DNA from: a virus
Virus record (IMG/VR): IMGVR_UViG_3300012964_000010
Location: 32,001 to 96,000 of that record
Direction: 5' to 3' (one strand)
Length of the DNA stretch: 64,000 nt
In this document: positions 49,147 to 57,720 of the stretch, in pieces
Layout of the letters: each line of letters begins with the position of its first letter
Numbering within the stretch: position 1 is the stretch's first letter
Position numbers and translations under genes: made by a program
The notes under the pieces: model-generated
What the model saw: only the letters and a program-made list of their open reading frames with translations
What the model was told of the DNA's origin: nothing
The model's database searches: none

Positions 49147-49175
49147 ATTTTGCAATATTACTAATTATCTGTCAA
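49147..49175 (-). promoter_or_regulatory. Sigma70-type promoter upstream of the Y-like RNA array
   Basis: TTGACA-N17-CAAAAT. Confidence 0.55.
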
Positions 49176-49199
49176 CCATTAAGTATGTGGTTTAATTAG

Positions 49200-49991
49200 T
49201 TAAAAATTACCAGTTGCAATCTTTGGATTGCCAGATTTGGCCAATTCGGCTTCGATATATTTCATTTCTTTCTGAATAAAATCTATTGCCCGTTTTACCA
49301 ACCTCTTATAATCGGGTGATTGTGTTCTTTCGGGAAATATATCAGCGATACCATATTGGTCTAGTAGATGTTCGAAATATCGCATAATCTTTGGCCTGAT
49401 TTGGTCTGGTGCAAATCTCTTGTATGCAATTCTTATGCTTCCAGAAAGTGTATGTAATAATTCTGCAAATCTTGCATTTATCTCTGCTGGTTGCGCTCGG
49501 TATTTCAGTGTACTGTATGGATCATCTTTTCTGTGTTCTTTTTTCTTAGGTGTAGCATATCTTTTACTTAGGCCAGCTGCAAAGTCGGATTTATAATCAT
49601 CTAAGGCATGTCTAAGTTCATGTGTGATGGCTGTTTTAATTTTAGGATGATCAAGATAATCTGTGTTGAACACCATTGTGCTGGTATTACCGTCCCATAT
49701 TGCCAACATGGTACCTGTTTCCGGATCCTTCATTACATCATCGGCTGATGATTGTCTGGCTCTCCTAAGAAATGGGCCACTGCCTTGTAATTCAATTCTT
49801 ATATCTTCTAACACAGGTATAGATGTTTCGAAAATATCACCTATTTTACCTAAGAAAAATATCTCTTGTTCTTCATCATCGAAATCTAAATCCACATTTA
49901 TGTAATCTTCTAGTTTAGCATAAATGGAAGAAGATAGAGAAATTAATGCTCTATCTTCTTCTGTGGTTTCAAATAATTCTTGTAATCGCAT
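49200..49991 (-). CDS. Zincin-like metallopeptidase-domain protein
   Basis: HELRH (HExxH) and EINAR; late promoter at ~50011. Confidence 0.6.
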   Translation of the reverse strand: MRLQELFETTEEDRALISLSSSIYAKLEDYINVDLDFDDEEQEIFFLGKIGDIFETSIPVLEDIRIELQGSGPFLRRARQSSADDVMKDPETGTMLAIWDGNTSTMVFNTDYLDHPKIKTAITHELRHALDDYKSDFAAGLSKRYATPKKKEHRKDDPYSTLKYRAQPAEINARFAELLHTLSGSIRIAYKRFAPDQIRPKIMRYFEHLLDQYGIADIFPERTQSPDYKRLVKRAIDFIQKEMKYIEAELAKSGNPKIATGNF

Positions 49992-50016
49992 AGCATATCC
50001 TAAGATATGCTATTTA

Positions 50017-50220
50017 TCAAGAAATAACTTCTGAGACTTCGGTAACAGAAGTATGATAGTAAACTGTATATTCTTCAGTCTTATCATCGAAGTGAGCCAC
50101 AAATTTATTTGCAGCCATCTCACTAGAATCAGCCTCAACTATTCTTATAACATCTTTCTCTACGCCCTGAGAACTCATGTAGCGAGATCTTGTTACTACA
50201 CCTGTTACTAAATATAGCAT
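50017..50220 (-). CDS. Small hypothetical protein (MLYLVTG)
   Basis: Start trimmed to avoid overlap with the ligase. Confidence 0.5.
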   Translation of the reverse strand: MLYLVTGVVTRSRYMSSQGVEKDVIRIVEADSSEMAANKFVAHFDDKTEEYTVYYHTSVTEVSEVIS

Positions 50221-50221
50221 G

Positions 50222-51304
50222 TCAATCTCCGGATTTAAGTAAGAAATGGTTCGATATTGCTTTAAAGCTAAATTTTCCATCCATTCTCTTATATACCTTG
50301 CCCTCACGGATAGGATGAACAATACTCGGTCCTTCGGCATCACTCAATAAATTAGTAACATCTGTGATACCAAGTTCCTCAAGAGTGACATTATGAGCGA
50401 AGATGGGGACATGACCTACCATGGATGTATTTAATCCAAAATTGATTAATTCTTTCATAATTTCCACCCTTTTCTCGGGATCGAAATGGCATCCATTGTC
50501 AATGTCATAGATATCGAAAATAAATAGTTTTGCTTTTTCGAATCCTTCTTGGTTTCCCTGAATTCCCGGGCCCATGAGCTCACCCTGAATTGCAATATTC
50601 TTACCATACGCATGAAGAGCAGTTTGTAAACCACTATCAATATACATACGGATCAACATATTGTTACGATTCTCTTCAGTAAGATCGAGTTCCCAATTAC
50701 GACTACAAACACCATCCTTACTATTATTGAAGAATCCAGTAAACGAGGTGCCGTTAAGTTTCATTGTAACTTCATATTTAGAACCTTTGTTCTTAATGAA
50801 GATATCTTTTCCTAAGTTTTGACAACGTTCCTGATCAGTCTTTTTGATACAGCTCGGGTAGTTACCACGAACATTACCTGCCAACTGAGATGGGATTGGT
50901 GGTTCATATTTTAGAACACCAAGAAAGTCTGTCACATCATTCCCGACAAAGAAAAATTCAGACAATTCTTGACCTTCGTCGTATGCTGAACCAATAAACT
51001 TCTCAATGAAGCTACTAACTGGCAATGCCAATCCTTGACTAATCTGCCCTCTTAATTTAATTGTTTTAATTCGAATACCTTCTTTGTCACCCATCTTCTT
51101 GTATGCACGAGAACGCAGGTGTTCTACCTGGGGCATAAGAGGAATAAGACTATCGATTTCGAAATAAACACAACGATCGCCGATTTTAAATTCGTCTTTC
51201 TTAACAACTAATTTCCAGTCATCGACTGTTGCCACCATAATGGCATCTGCATCCTCTATGGGCTCAATGTTTTTAATTATTCTAATTGATGCTAATTTTC
51301 TCAT
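50222..51304 (-). CDS. ATP-dependent RNA ligase (Rnl2/DRB0094-like)
   Basis: MRKLASI, YFEIDS, KTDQER, motif I K(L)NGTS, QGELMGPGIQGN, EGKV, SFKAISN. Confidence 0.9.
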   Translation of the reverse strand: MRKLASIRIIKNIEPIEDADAIMVATVDDWKLVVKKDEFKIGDRCVYFEIDSLIPLMPQVEHLRSRAYKKMGDKEGIRIKTIKLRGQISQGLALPVSSFIEKFIGSAYDEGQELSEFFFVGNDVTDFLGVLKYEPPIPSQLAGNVRGNYPSCIKKTDQERCQNLGKDIFIKNKGSKYEVTMKLNGTSFTGFFNNSKDGVCSRNWELDLTEENRNNMLIRMYIDSGLQTALHAYGKNIAIQGELMGPGIQGNQEGFEKAKLFIFDIYDIDNGCHFDPEKRVEIMKELINFGLNTSMVGHVPIFAHNVTLEELGITDVTNLLSDAEGPSIVHPIREGKVYKRMDGKFSFKAISNHFLLKSGD

Positions 51305-51592
51305 TTATTCTTTCCTTATAGGCTGACACTGAATCTTTACCACCGATGCACCAAACTCGCTCACTGTTAGACTTTCAGCTGCTAATCCAGCACTTTCGCA
51401 TTTATGCGTTTCATTGATAATTTCATCATTGGTTAATACTCTGGTAAAAACTTCTTGTTCTTTTACTGGTGCCGACGCACATTGGTTTGCAGATGTATTC
51501 TCATCGGGCGTAACCTCCGACTTCTTTCCGCATGCAACTAACATAATTGCGGAAAAGATAATAATAACAACTTTTTTCATTTTAATCCCCAC
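51305..51592 (-). CDS. Putative lipoprotein
   Basis: Lipobox LVAC. Confidence 0.7.
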   Translation of the reverse strand: MGIKMKKVVIIIFSAIMLVACGKKSEVTPDENTSANQCASAPVKEQEVFTRVLTNDEIINETHKCESAGLAAESLTVSEFGASVVKIQCQPIRKE

Positions 51593-51837
51593 TTTAGTCT
51601 AAAAAATGTTTCATCTTCCAGATTATTAAATTCAATAATAATCCCACAGTCTGGATCTATCGAAGTGCTCAATTTACTTAGACGATTATGAGTGAACCGA
51701 TGTTTACAATTAAGATATTCATCAATAGCGTCTTTCCCAACGAACTTCGTTTCTTTCCATATTACTGGTTGTATTATAGTATTCCACACCCGATATTGAA
51801 TAAATATCATTTTGGTGCTAATACTTTTGGCGACCAT
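51577..51837 (-). CDS. Small hypothetical protein (FNNLEDETFFRLKW)
   Basis: Family motif. Confidence 0.55.
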   Translation of the reverse strand: MVAKSISTKMIFIQYRVWNTIIQPVIWKETKFVGKDAIDEYLNCKHRFTHNRLSKLSTSIDPDCGIIIEFNNLEDETFFRLKWGLK

Positions 51838-52250
51838 AAATGTGTATTCTTGTTCATAAATTCTACATCTTCTACAGACATTGAATTTTTACGACGATTA
51901 TTGCATGGTTCGCATCCAGGCCTTAAATTTGCAACATCATTAAATCCGCCGAGACTCACAGGCACAATATGGTCACGCGTCATCATTACTAAAGACTTGC
52001 CAGTATGTGCATACAGTTCTAAAACAGGTGGTTTATTTGTATCTTTCGGGTGATGTTTAAGAATAAATCTGTCAGCCTCTACCCCGCAGTGCCAGCACCT
52101 AATTATTACATTATTTTCCCGACATGTCTTCCAGAGTGCAACACCACTTGGTGCAGAAATTTTTATCCCGTCGACGTTACGTTCGTTTCTCGATTCTGCC
52201 AGAACAGCAAAACCTTCATCGAGGTTTAACTCTTTATAGAATATTAACAT
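51807..52250 (-). CDS. HNH endonuclease-like protein
   Basis: CWHC, TRDHIVP..LGG...NL...CEPCN. Confidence 0.85.
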   Translation of the reverse strand: MLIFYKELNLDEGFAVLAESRNERNVDGIKISAPSGVALWKTCRENNVIIRCWHCGVEADRFILKHHPKDTNKPPVLELYAHTGKSLVMMTRDHIVPVSLGGFNDVANLRPGCEPCNNRRKNSMSVEDVEFMNKNTHLWSPKVLAPK

Positions 52251-52694
52251 TTAAATTTCCTTAGGCTCTTGTTTCTTATGATAGGGGTGATCGGGGTGAT
52301 AGTCGGTCATATCTTTCACTAAATCGGAAAATCTAAGTTTAAATGCTAATGCACTATGTTCGTCTTCGAAACTGAATGTATACCACCAATTTGACATGGT
52401 ATAATATTGTTCACTGTAACGCCAATGGTCCTTGTCGGTGCCATAATAAAATCGGTAAGATTTGTCAACTTGCTTCATAATCACAGTATCTGTAATATGT
52501 CGCTCAATCCATCTACGTATATCAATTCTTAATCCAGACGTGTCGTTGATACGGTCTGAGGGGATTGTAACCATATAGGGAAAAGACGGATTTGGCCATT
52601 TATAAAGATATCTATTAGCACTACTCGAATAGTATGCATCCTTAAATAGCCATGTTATTTCTGTTTCTGCGATATCTGTAATTAAACGGCCCAT
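52251..52694 (-). CDS. Hypothetical protein (FEDEHSALAFKLRF)
   Basis: Family motif. Confidence 0.6.
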   Translation of the reverse strand: MGRLITDIAETEITWLFKDAYYSSSANRYLYKWPNPSFPYMVTIPSDRINDTSGLRIDIRRWIERHITDTVIMKQVDKSYRFYYGTDKDHWRYSEQYYTMSNWWYTFSFEDEHSALAFKLRFSDLVKDMTDYHPDHPYHKKQEPKEI

Positions 52695-52760
52695 AAGTGT
52701 AGTATAAAAAAAGAAACCGCTTATTGCAAGCGGTTTTGCTGAATTAATGAAACTGCTGTA

Positions 52761-53150
52761 TTAAAACAGTGATAGGTGACCAGTAATCTTGTCAATTACC
52801 GATGCATCATCTGGCCCGATACCAACCGCAGTCAAAGTCGGAACACCGTCAAATTCAGTTAATCCAGAATCTTTAATAAGAGCTACTGGCAGACCAGCTT
52901 TCTGTGCAGAGGTATAGATTGCCACCAAGTCCTCATCGCTGCTAACCTGAAGAGTTACCTTCTTAAAATTACCCATCACCCATTCTTTTACAAATGGGTT
53001 ACTAAGTGGAATAATAAGATTATCGCCAGTAGAATCCATTTTAGCAAGACTGAATAATGCGCCCATACTTGCGTGCGCTGCCTGAGCGCAGTACTTTCCG
53101 TGACGCATTGATTGAAACTTTCTCATTACAATAACTTGTTTTGATGCCAT
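52761..53150 (-). CDS. pth2: Peptidyl-tRNA hydrolase Pth2
   Basis: KQVIVMR, GK.CAQAAHA, KKVTL, DSGLTE, GIGP. Confidence 0.92.
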   Translation of the reverse strand: MASKQVIVMRKFQSMRHGKYCAQAAHASMGALFSLAKMDSTGDNLIIPLSNPFVKEWVMGNFKKVTLQVSSDEDLVAIYTSAQKAGLPVALIKDSGLTEFDGVPTLTAVGIGPDDASVIDKITGHLSLF

Positions 53151-53152
53151 AA

Positions 53153-53362
53153 TTATTGATCTTCTCTCCAAAATTTACCACAATCCGGGCAACTAAAATT
53201 AATCCAGTAACAATTATCATTCGGATCCCAGTTACCGGTATTGCCTTTATATTCCTTTTTAACACCAGTATGGGCACATTCTACCTGCAAATCGTTTATC
53301 TGTTGGCGGATTACTTCTGCCTTTTTAACAAGGCGCCGATATCTGGTGTTAATGCTAATCAT
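53153..53362 (-). CDS. Small Zn-ribbon protein
   Basis: CAH...CPDCGK. Confidence 0.55.
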   Translation of the reverse strand: MISINTRYRRLVKKAEVIRQQINDLQVECAHTGVKKEYKGNTGNWDPNDNCYWINFSCPDCGKFWREDQ

Positions 53363-53363
53363 A

Positions 53364-53873
53364 TTATACTTTCGAATCTTCGATACCTAATTGAGATGCT
53401 GCGTTATTGAAAATGCGATTATAGATACCTTTAAAGAATTTGGTGATAGTAGTTTGAATTATCTTGATAATATCACCGGTAATATTTTCAACTATGCTAA
53501 ATGGCCATACAATCACCCAGGTGGTAATCTCGTTCAACATCCTGCGAGGACGAAGATATTCAAGTGCATACTTTTTCTGATCGACACTCTTATCTTTATA
53601 CTGCTCAACAATCTTATCTGCATGACGCTTATAACGCCAGAAGCTCCAGATAAAACCAATAACAAGATAAATTGCGGCCGAAGTCAATAAAGTTGCAAGA
53701 GTAACACTAAAGAAGAAATATGCTACCGTAGCAGAAATCAACCCGATAAATACTGCCCATCCGTGTGCTTCGTTAGCCTCAGAGATGATGCCGAGCGCCA
53801 ATAATCCAATAAGGCAGGGCCAATTAAGCATCCAACCTGCAAAAAATGCAAAAAATGCAAAAATAACAGTCAT
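53364..53873 (-). CDS. Membrane protein
   Basis: Several hydrophobic helices. Confidence 0.7.
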   Translation of the reverse strand: MTVIFAFFAFFAGWMLNWPCLIGLLALGIISEANEAHGWAVFIGLISATVAYFFFSVTLATLLTSAAIYLVIGFIWSFWRYKRHADKIVEQYKDKSVDQKKYALEYLRPRRMLNEITTWVIVWPFSIVENITGDIIKIIQTTITKFFKGIYNRIFNNAASQLGIEDSKV

Positions 53874-53895
53874 ATTTTTCTTTCTTCAATTAAAT

Positions 53896-54318
53896 TTATA
53901 GAATAGACTTATACAGTGCCCCGGTCGCAACAAATCCGCGTTTCCAGGTCCATTCATCGAGGACAAGCTGATTGAATATATCTTCTTCAACTTCAATGAC
54001 TTCCTCAACTGATAATTCCAACATACGAATAGCACGCTTATAACTATCCTCATATGAGGTTGGCTTAATAGGCATGCCCTTAGATGGAATCAACTTATCC
54101 ATATCTCCTTCTTCAGCTAACTTAAGATTCTGTTTTGCTATCTTGACATTAGCCTCGGCGATCTTAACGGAAAGAGTCTTATAGTCTTCAACAGACTCAT
54201 TAAATTCTGCAACATGCTTTGCCATGTTTTCACAAACAATGCCCAGCAATTGCAAACGATTAATTTTTACTGCGTTCATAACATTCCTTTTAATATCTCG
54301 CATACGTGTATCTTTCAA
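53896..54318 (-). CDS. Conserved hypothetical phage protein
   Basis: YKRAIRMLELSV...F.QLVLDEW. Confidence 0.65.
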   Translation of the reverse strand: MKDTRMRDIKRNVMNAVKINRLQLLGIVCENMAKHVAEFNESVEDYKTLSVKIAEANVKIAKQNLKLAEEGDMDKLIPSKGMPIKPTSYEDSYKRAIRMLELSVEEVIEVEEDIFNQLVLDEWTWKRGFVATGALYKSIL

Positions 54319-54359
54319 TATGAAAAATAAAATATTATTATCTTATTCCCTACAATAAA

Positions 54360-54388
54360 AGTATATACGAATATTAAAAATTTGTCAA
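54360..54388 (-). promoter_or_regulatory. Sigma70-type promoter
   Basis: TTGACA-N17-TATACT. Confidence 0.7.
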
Positions 54389-54682
54389 TTATTGAATAAG
54401 AGCAGCGATTATTATGAATTCTTCGATAGAATCGATATCTTCTTCTATCTGTGCAAGAAGTTTTAAAACATTATTGCTATGACCGCGTCTTTCTAAAACT
54501 TCTTCCTTTGACAATTCGGTTATTACCTTACCGAGATTATCAATCATGCGATTTATTTGTACACGATTACTGCTGATCCTAATTTTTGTACGGACCTGCT
54601 TTCTTAATGTAGTTTCAATATTAGCCCAATCAAGGCTTGTTTTTATCTTCATGTGCCGAAGCATCAAGTTCAGCTTTTGCAT
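54389..54682 (-). CDS. Hypothetical protein
   Basis: ORF. Confidence 0.55.
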   Translation of the reverse strand: MQKLNLMLRHMKIKTSLDWANIETTLRKQVRTKIRISSNRVQINRMIDNLGKVITELSKEEVLERRGHSNNVLKLLAQIEEDIDSIEEFIIIAALIQ

Positions 54683-55040
54683 GTGCTGCTGCTTGAGTTT
54701 TTAGCTTATCATATTCGGATGTATAAACCCACGCAAGAAATGCAGTAGCTGCGGAGGCCAAGATGGTAGCAGCAGCGGTAGCAAGAATCTTATTAATTAA
54801 CGCTTTCTTCGCTTTGCTATCTTCGGCCATTTGAACAAAGTTATTATGGTGTCTAATGTGAACTTCCGGGGTGATACCAATAAAGTGGGTCTGAATATCA
54901 GCAACTAATTCCTTAGTTTCATGAATGCAACGGTGTAGATGTTTCATATCCTCCCGATTTTCTTCCAGCAAAGATAGAATTGTGTAATTCAGATTTCTTC
55001 TGTCTTGCGGTTGTTGCGAATCTTGCATGTTTTCTCCCAA
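54630..55040 (-). CDS. Single-TM protein, possibly lysis-related
   Basis: One hydrophobic helix, late promoter at ~55056. Confidence 0.45.
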   Translation of the reverse strand: MGENMQDSQQPQDRRNLNYTILSLLEENREDMKHLHRCIHETKELVADIQTHFIGITPEVHIRHHNNFVQMAEDSKAKKALINKILATAAATILASAATAFLAWVYTSEYDKLKTQAAAHAKAELDASAHEDKNKP

Positions 55041-55117
55041 ATACTTTATTATGAATATTTATCGAAAATAACAGAAAGATGTTAATTGGGTTTTATTTTA
55101 ATGCGTTGCAGTATAAT

Positions 55118-55201
55118 TGGTGCCCTGGGCGAGATTCGAACTCGCAACCCTTTCGGGGACGGCTTCTTAGACCGCTATGTAAACCGTTCCATCACCAGGG
55201 C
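55118..55201 (-). tRNA. tRNA-Leu(AAG)
   Basis: GCGGT-CTAAGAA-GCCGT, type II variable arm, A73, CCA. Confidence 0.85.
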
Positions 55202-55209
55202 ATTATCTA

Positions 55210-55282
55210 TGGTTGCGTACCCCTGATTCGAACAGGTCCTACGGGTTATGAGCCCGGCGTGCTACCTTCACACTCGGCCGCG
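55210..55282 (-). tRNA. Initiator-like tRNA-Met(CAU), atypical stems
   Basis: CGGG-CTCATAA-CCCG, C1:A72 mismatch. Confidence 0.75.
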
Positions 55283-55350
55283 ATATCTTTGGTAGTTATG
55301 TAACGCATATACCTTGCGGATCAAGCAAATTCCAGATCACGATTAAAACA

Positions 55351-55424
55351 TGGTGCTCCTACCGAGAATTGAACTCAGAATTCAGTCTTACCAAGACTGT
55401 GTTATACCACTTAACTATAGGAGC
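55351..55424 (-). tRNA. tRNA-Thr(GGU)
   Basis: CAGTC-TTGGTAA-GACTG. Confidence 0.9.
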
Positions 55425-55542
55425 AATTACTTATTTATCAAAATATAAGATGATAACGATAATGATAATAAAACAGTAGTAATAATTACTAATATTATTG
55501 TTTGGCCAGCGTTACGATTCAACGCGTGACATACTGCATTTA

Positions 55543-55725
55543 TTATTCTGCGTCTTTAGACTTGCTGCCCTTGGAACGCATTGCTTGGCGACGCGCATCC
55601 TCGGCAGAAAGTTCAGCTTGAATCATTGCAGATTTAAAATTGTATCGGCGATCGGCGTTTTTCGTCAGCGCAACCATGCGCTTCGTTTGCTTAGTCATCC
55701 TAAAATTCTTATCCGGTTTATTCAT
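55543..55725 (-). CDS. Small basic hypothetical protein
   Basis: KP.KNFRM.KQTKR...FK.AMIQAEL. Confidence 0.6.
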   Translation of the reverse strand: MNKPDKNFRMTKQTKRMVALTKNADRRYNFKSAMIQAELSAEDARRQAMRSKGSKSKDAE

Positions 55726-56075
55726 GTATCTTTTCTTTCTTTACGAATTTGTTGATTTATGTGTTTTCTAACTGTACCGACTTGCTCTCTAAGATTGCGA
55801 TTACTCTTTTCCTGCGCATCTTGTCTCTTGTTAATCTGTATTATAGCATTGTTCATCTCATTAAGTCTACCATTACCGCTATCTTCGGACTGTCTGGGTT
55901 TAAGCATGTTTTGAGTGATGGTGATTATTACCTTATCTTCCTGTGGGAAGAACATTCTCGATTTTACACGATATTCCTCGTCCTCTACAACCACTGTATC
56001 ACCGACTGAGGCCGTATACGTGGAAGTACCCCAGTAAACACCGTTTCCGTATTCGTCTTCGTATATTATTATCAT
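55722..56075 (-). CDS. Hypothetical protein
   Basis: ORF. Confidence 0.55.
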   Translation of the reverse strand: MIIIYEDEYGNGVYWGTSTYTASVGDTVVVEDEEYRVKSRMFFPQEDKVIITITQNMLKPRQSEDSGNGRLNEMNNAIIQINKRQDAQEKSNRNLREQVGTVRKHINQQIRKERKDT

Positions 56076-56078
56076 ATA

Positions 56079-56522
56079 TTATCCATACTGAGGTAATCCC
56101 CTAGATTTACGACCATTACCATAATTTTTAGCGCCAAATGTAGGAGACTGACTATCACAGTTAGGGCAAATTAACCTAAAGTTGGTAGGATTATTGTTAG
56201 ATGCATTACCATCTATATGGTCTGTCCATAGTGTTATGTCTTTACCATTCCAAGAATCAATTCCGCAGCAGCTACACCTATAACCGTCTCGCCTAATTAA
56301 GAATTTTCTAATAAGCACTCTGGGATTCTTAAGTCCCAAATCCTTACCTGCTAGCCAATCTTCATATAAACGATCTTCTCTTTCAGTCTTCTTCTTTGAT
56401 ACAGTATCGTACATGCATCTCAATGTGCAATAGGTGTGTGTATCACTATAACCTTTAAAGCTAAAAGATTGTCGACAACCTTTGCAGATATAAGTCTTAT
56501 CTTTTATTCCTCGATTATTCAT
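56079..56522 (-). CDS. HNH homing endonuclease
   Basis: DHIDGN..NN...N.RLICPNC. Confidence 0.88.
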   Translation of the reverse strand: MNNRGIKDKTYICKGCRQSFSFKGYSDTHTYCTLRCMYDTVSKKKTEREDRLYEDWLAGKDLGLKNPRVLIRKFLIRRDGYRCSCCGIDSWNGKDITLWTDHIDGNASNNNPTNFRLICPNCDSQSPTFGAKNYGNGRKSRGLPQYG

Positions 56523-56530
56523 TCTTGCCT

Positions 56531-56609
56531 TGGCTCCGCATCTGGGATTCGAACCCAGCTAATCATTGATTAACAGTCAAGTCCGTGCGCCTAGCTCGGA
56601 TTCTGCGGA
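56531..56609 (-). tRNA. tRNA-Asn(GUU)
   Basis: TTGA-CTGTTAA-TCAA, G73. Confidence 0.85.
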
Positions 56610-56615
56610 ATATCT

Positions 56616-56689
56616 TGGTGGAGGATGAGAGAATCGAACTCTCAACCATAGCTTGCAAAGCTATTGTTATCCCATTTAACTAATCCCCC
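56616..56689 (-). tRNA. tRNA-Ala(UGC)
   Basis: ATAGC-TTTGCAA-GCTAT, G3:U70. Confidence 0.92.
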
Positions 56690-56695
56690 AAAATT

Positions 56696-57040
56696 CTACT
56701 CTATAAAATAACACTTACCTTGTTTAAATAAAACTTCTTTGGCTTCTGTTATCTTCTTTCCATTGCAGGTAAAATGATCTGCAATATAAGGATTATATGT
56801 TATTACTTCTAATCCGTCAATGTCTTTGTTGCCTGCGAATGTATATTTATCCGATACCGCGTAAGCGTGAACATTTTTTCTCTTTTCGTCGATCACACGT
56901 TGGCGCCCGATATTGCTAACCTTAAACACAACATCTTCTGCTATAAAATGATCATCTCTACCGATTACCCGACCTCTTTGCTTAATCGAGAAACCACCGG
57001 TATGAAGATTACGATAAATGTAGAACTTTGCAGTGCTCAT
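56696..57040 (-). CDS. Conserved phage protein (YRNLH...KNVHA...YNPY)
   Basis: Motif. Confidence 0.7.
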   Translation of the reverse strand: MSTAKFYIYRNLHTGGFSIKQRGRVIGRDDHFIAEDVVFKVSNIGRQRVIDEKRKNVHAYAVSDKYTFAGNKDIDGLEVITYNPYIADHFTCNGKKITEAKEVLFKQGKCYFIE

Positions 57041-57720
57041 TTATCTAACCTAAAGTATTCAGCCTTTGTTAATCTGATAAGTTGATCATCGGGCTCCCAA
57101 CACGACATATCAATACACTCCTTCAGTGATAAATTTCCCGGCATTTCCCAATAACCAAATCTATCAGTAATGCTCAACTCTTTCTCAGGCACCTTGGAGA
57201 GATCAATATACCGAATCTTCCAGCTACTGTCATCGCCCCACACACATCCACAAAGAAATCCAAAGTTACAGAATTTTATATCATCTGTTGCACCGTTATC
57301 AACTGATTCTTTAATAAATTCATCATCGTCTTTGTAATCGCAATCTACATAGACGAAGGTGTAATCGTGAACTTTATCGTGGCCCGATTTATACTTTGGC
57401 ACATAAATCTCAACCGGACAGAATCCACTGCCGGAGGGTACTTCGCCACACCAATCTTCGATTCTATCTTCGTGAAGTTTCATAATACGAGTGGCAGTAT
57501 AGTTGGCACTATATAGTGCATACCATTCTTGATTAATACAAAATGGGTAAAAAGTCAACGCAGCAAAATCATGGTAATTGCGTAGATATTCGCCGATTAA
57601 CTTATTGTCGCGAAAGATTGAAACTTTAGTTGAATTCCATGTGCCCGGTGTATTTTGTATAGACTCTGTTTCTATACGAAACGGTGTCCCGAAATAAGAC
57701 TTATTATGTAATTTTTCCAT
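57037..57720 (-). CDS. Hypothetical protein
   Basis: GC.WGDDSSWK motif. Confidence 0.65.
   Translation of the reverse strand: MEKLHNKSYFGTPFRIETESIQNTPGTWNSTKVSIFRDNKLIGEYLRNYHDFAALTFYPFCINQEWYALYSANYTATRIMKLHEDRIEDWCGEVPSGSGFCPVEIYVPKYKSGHDKVHDYTFVYVDCDYKDDDEFIKESVDNGATDDIKFCNFGFLCGCVWGDDSSWKIRYIDLSKVPEKELSITDRFGYWEMPGNLSLKECIDMSCWEPDDQLIRLTKAEYFRLDK

Noticed and set aside
55290-55348. Small CCA-ending RNA between tRNA-Thr and tRNA-fMet
   Set aside because: Ends in ACCA but no convincing acceptor stem or T arm
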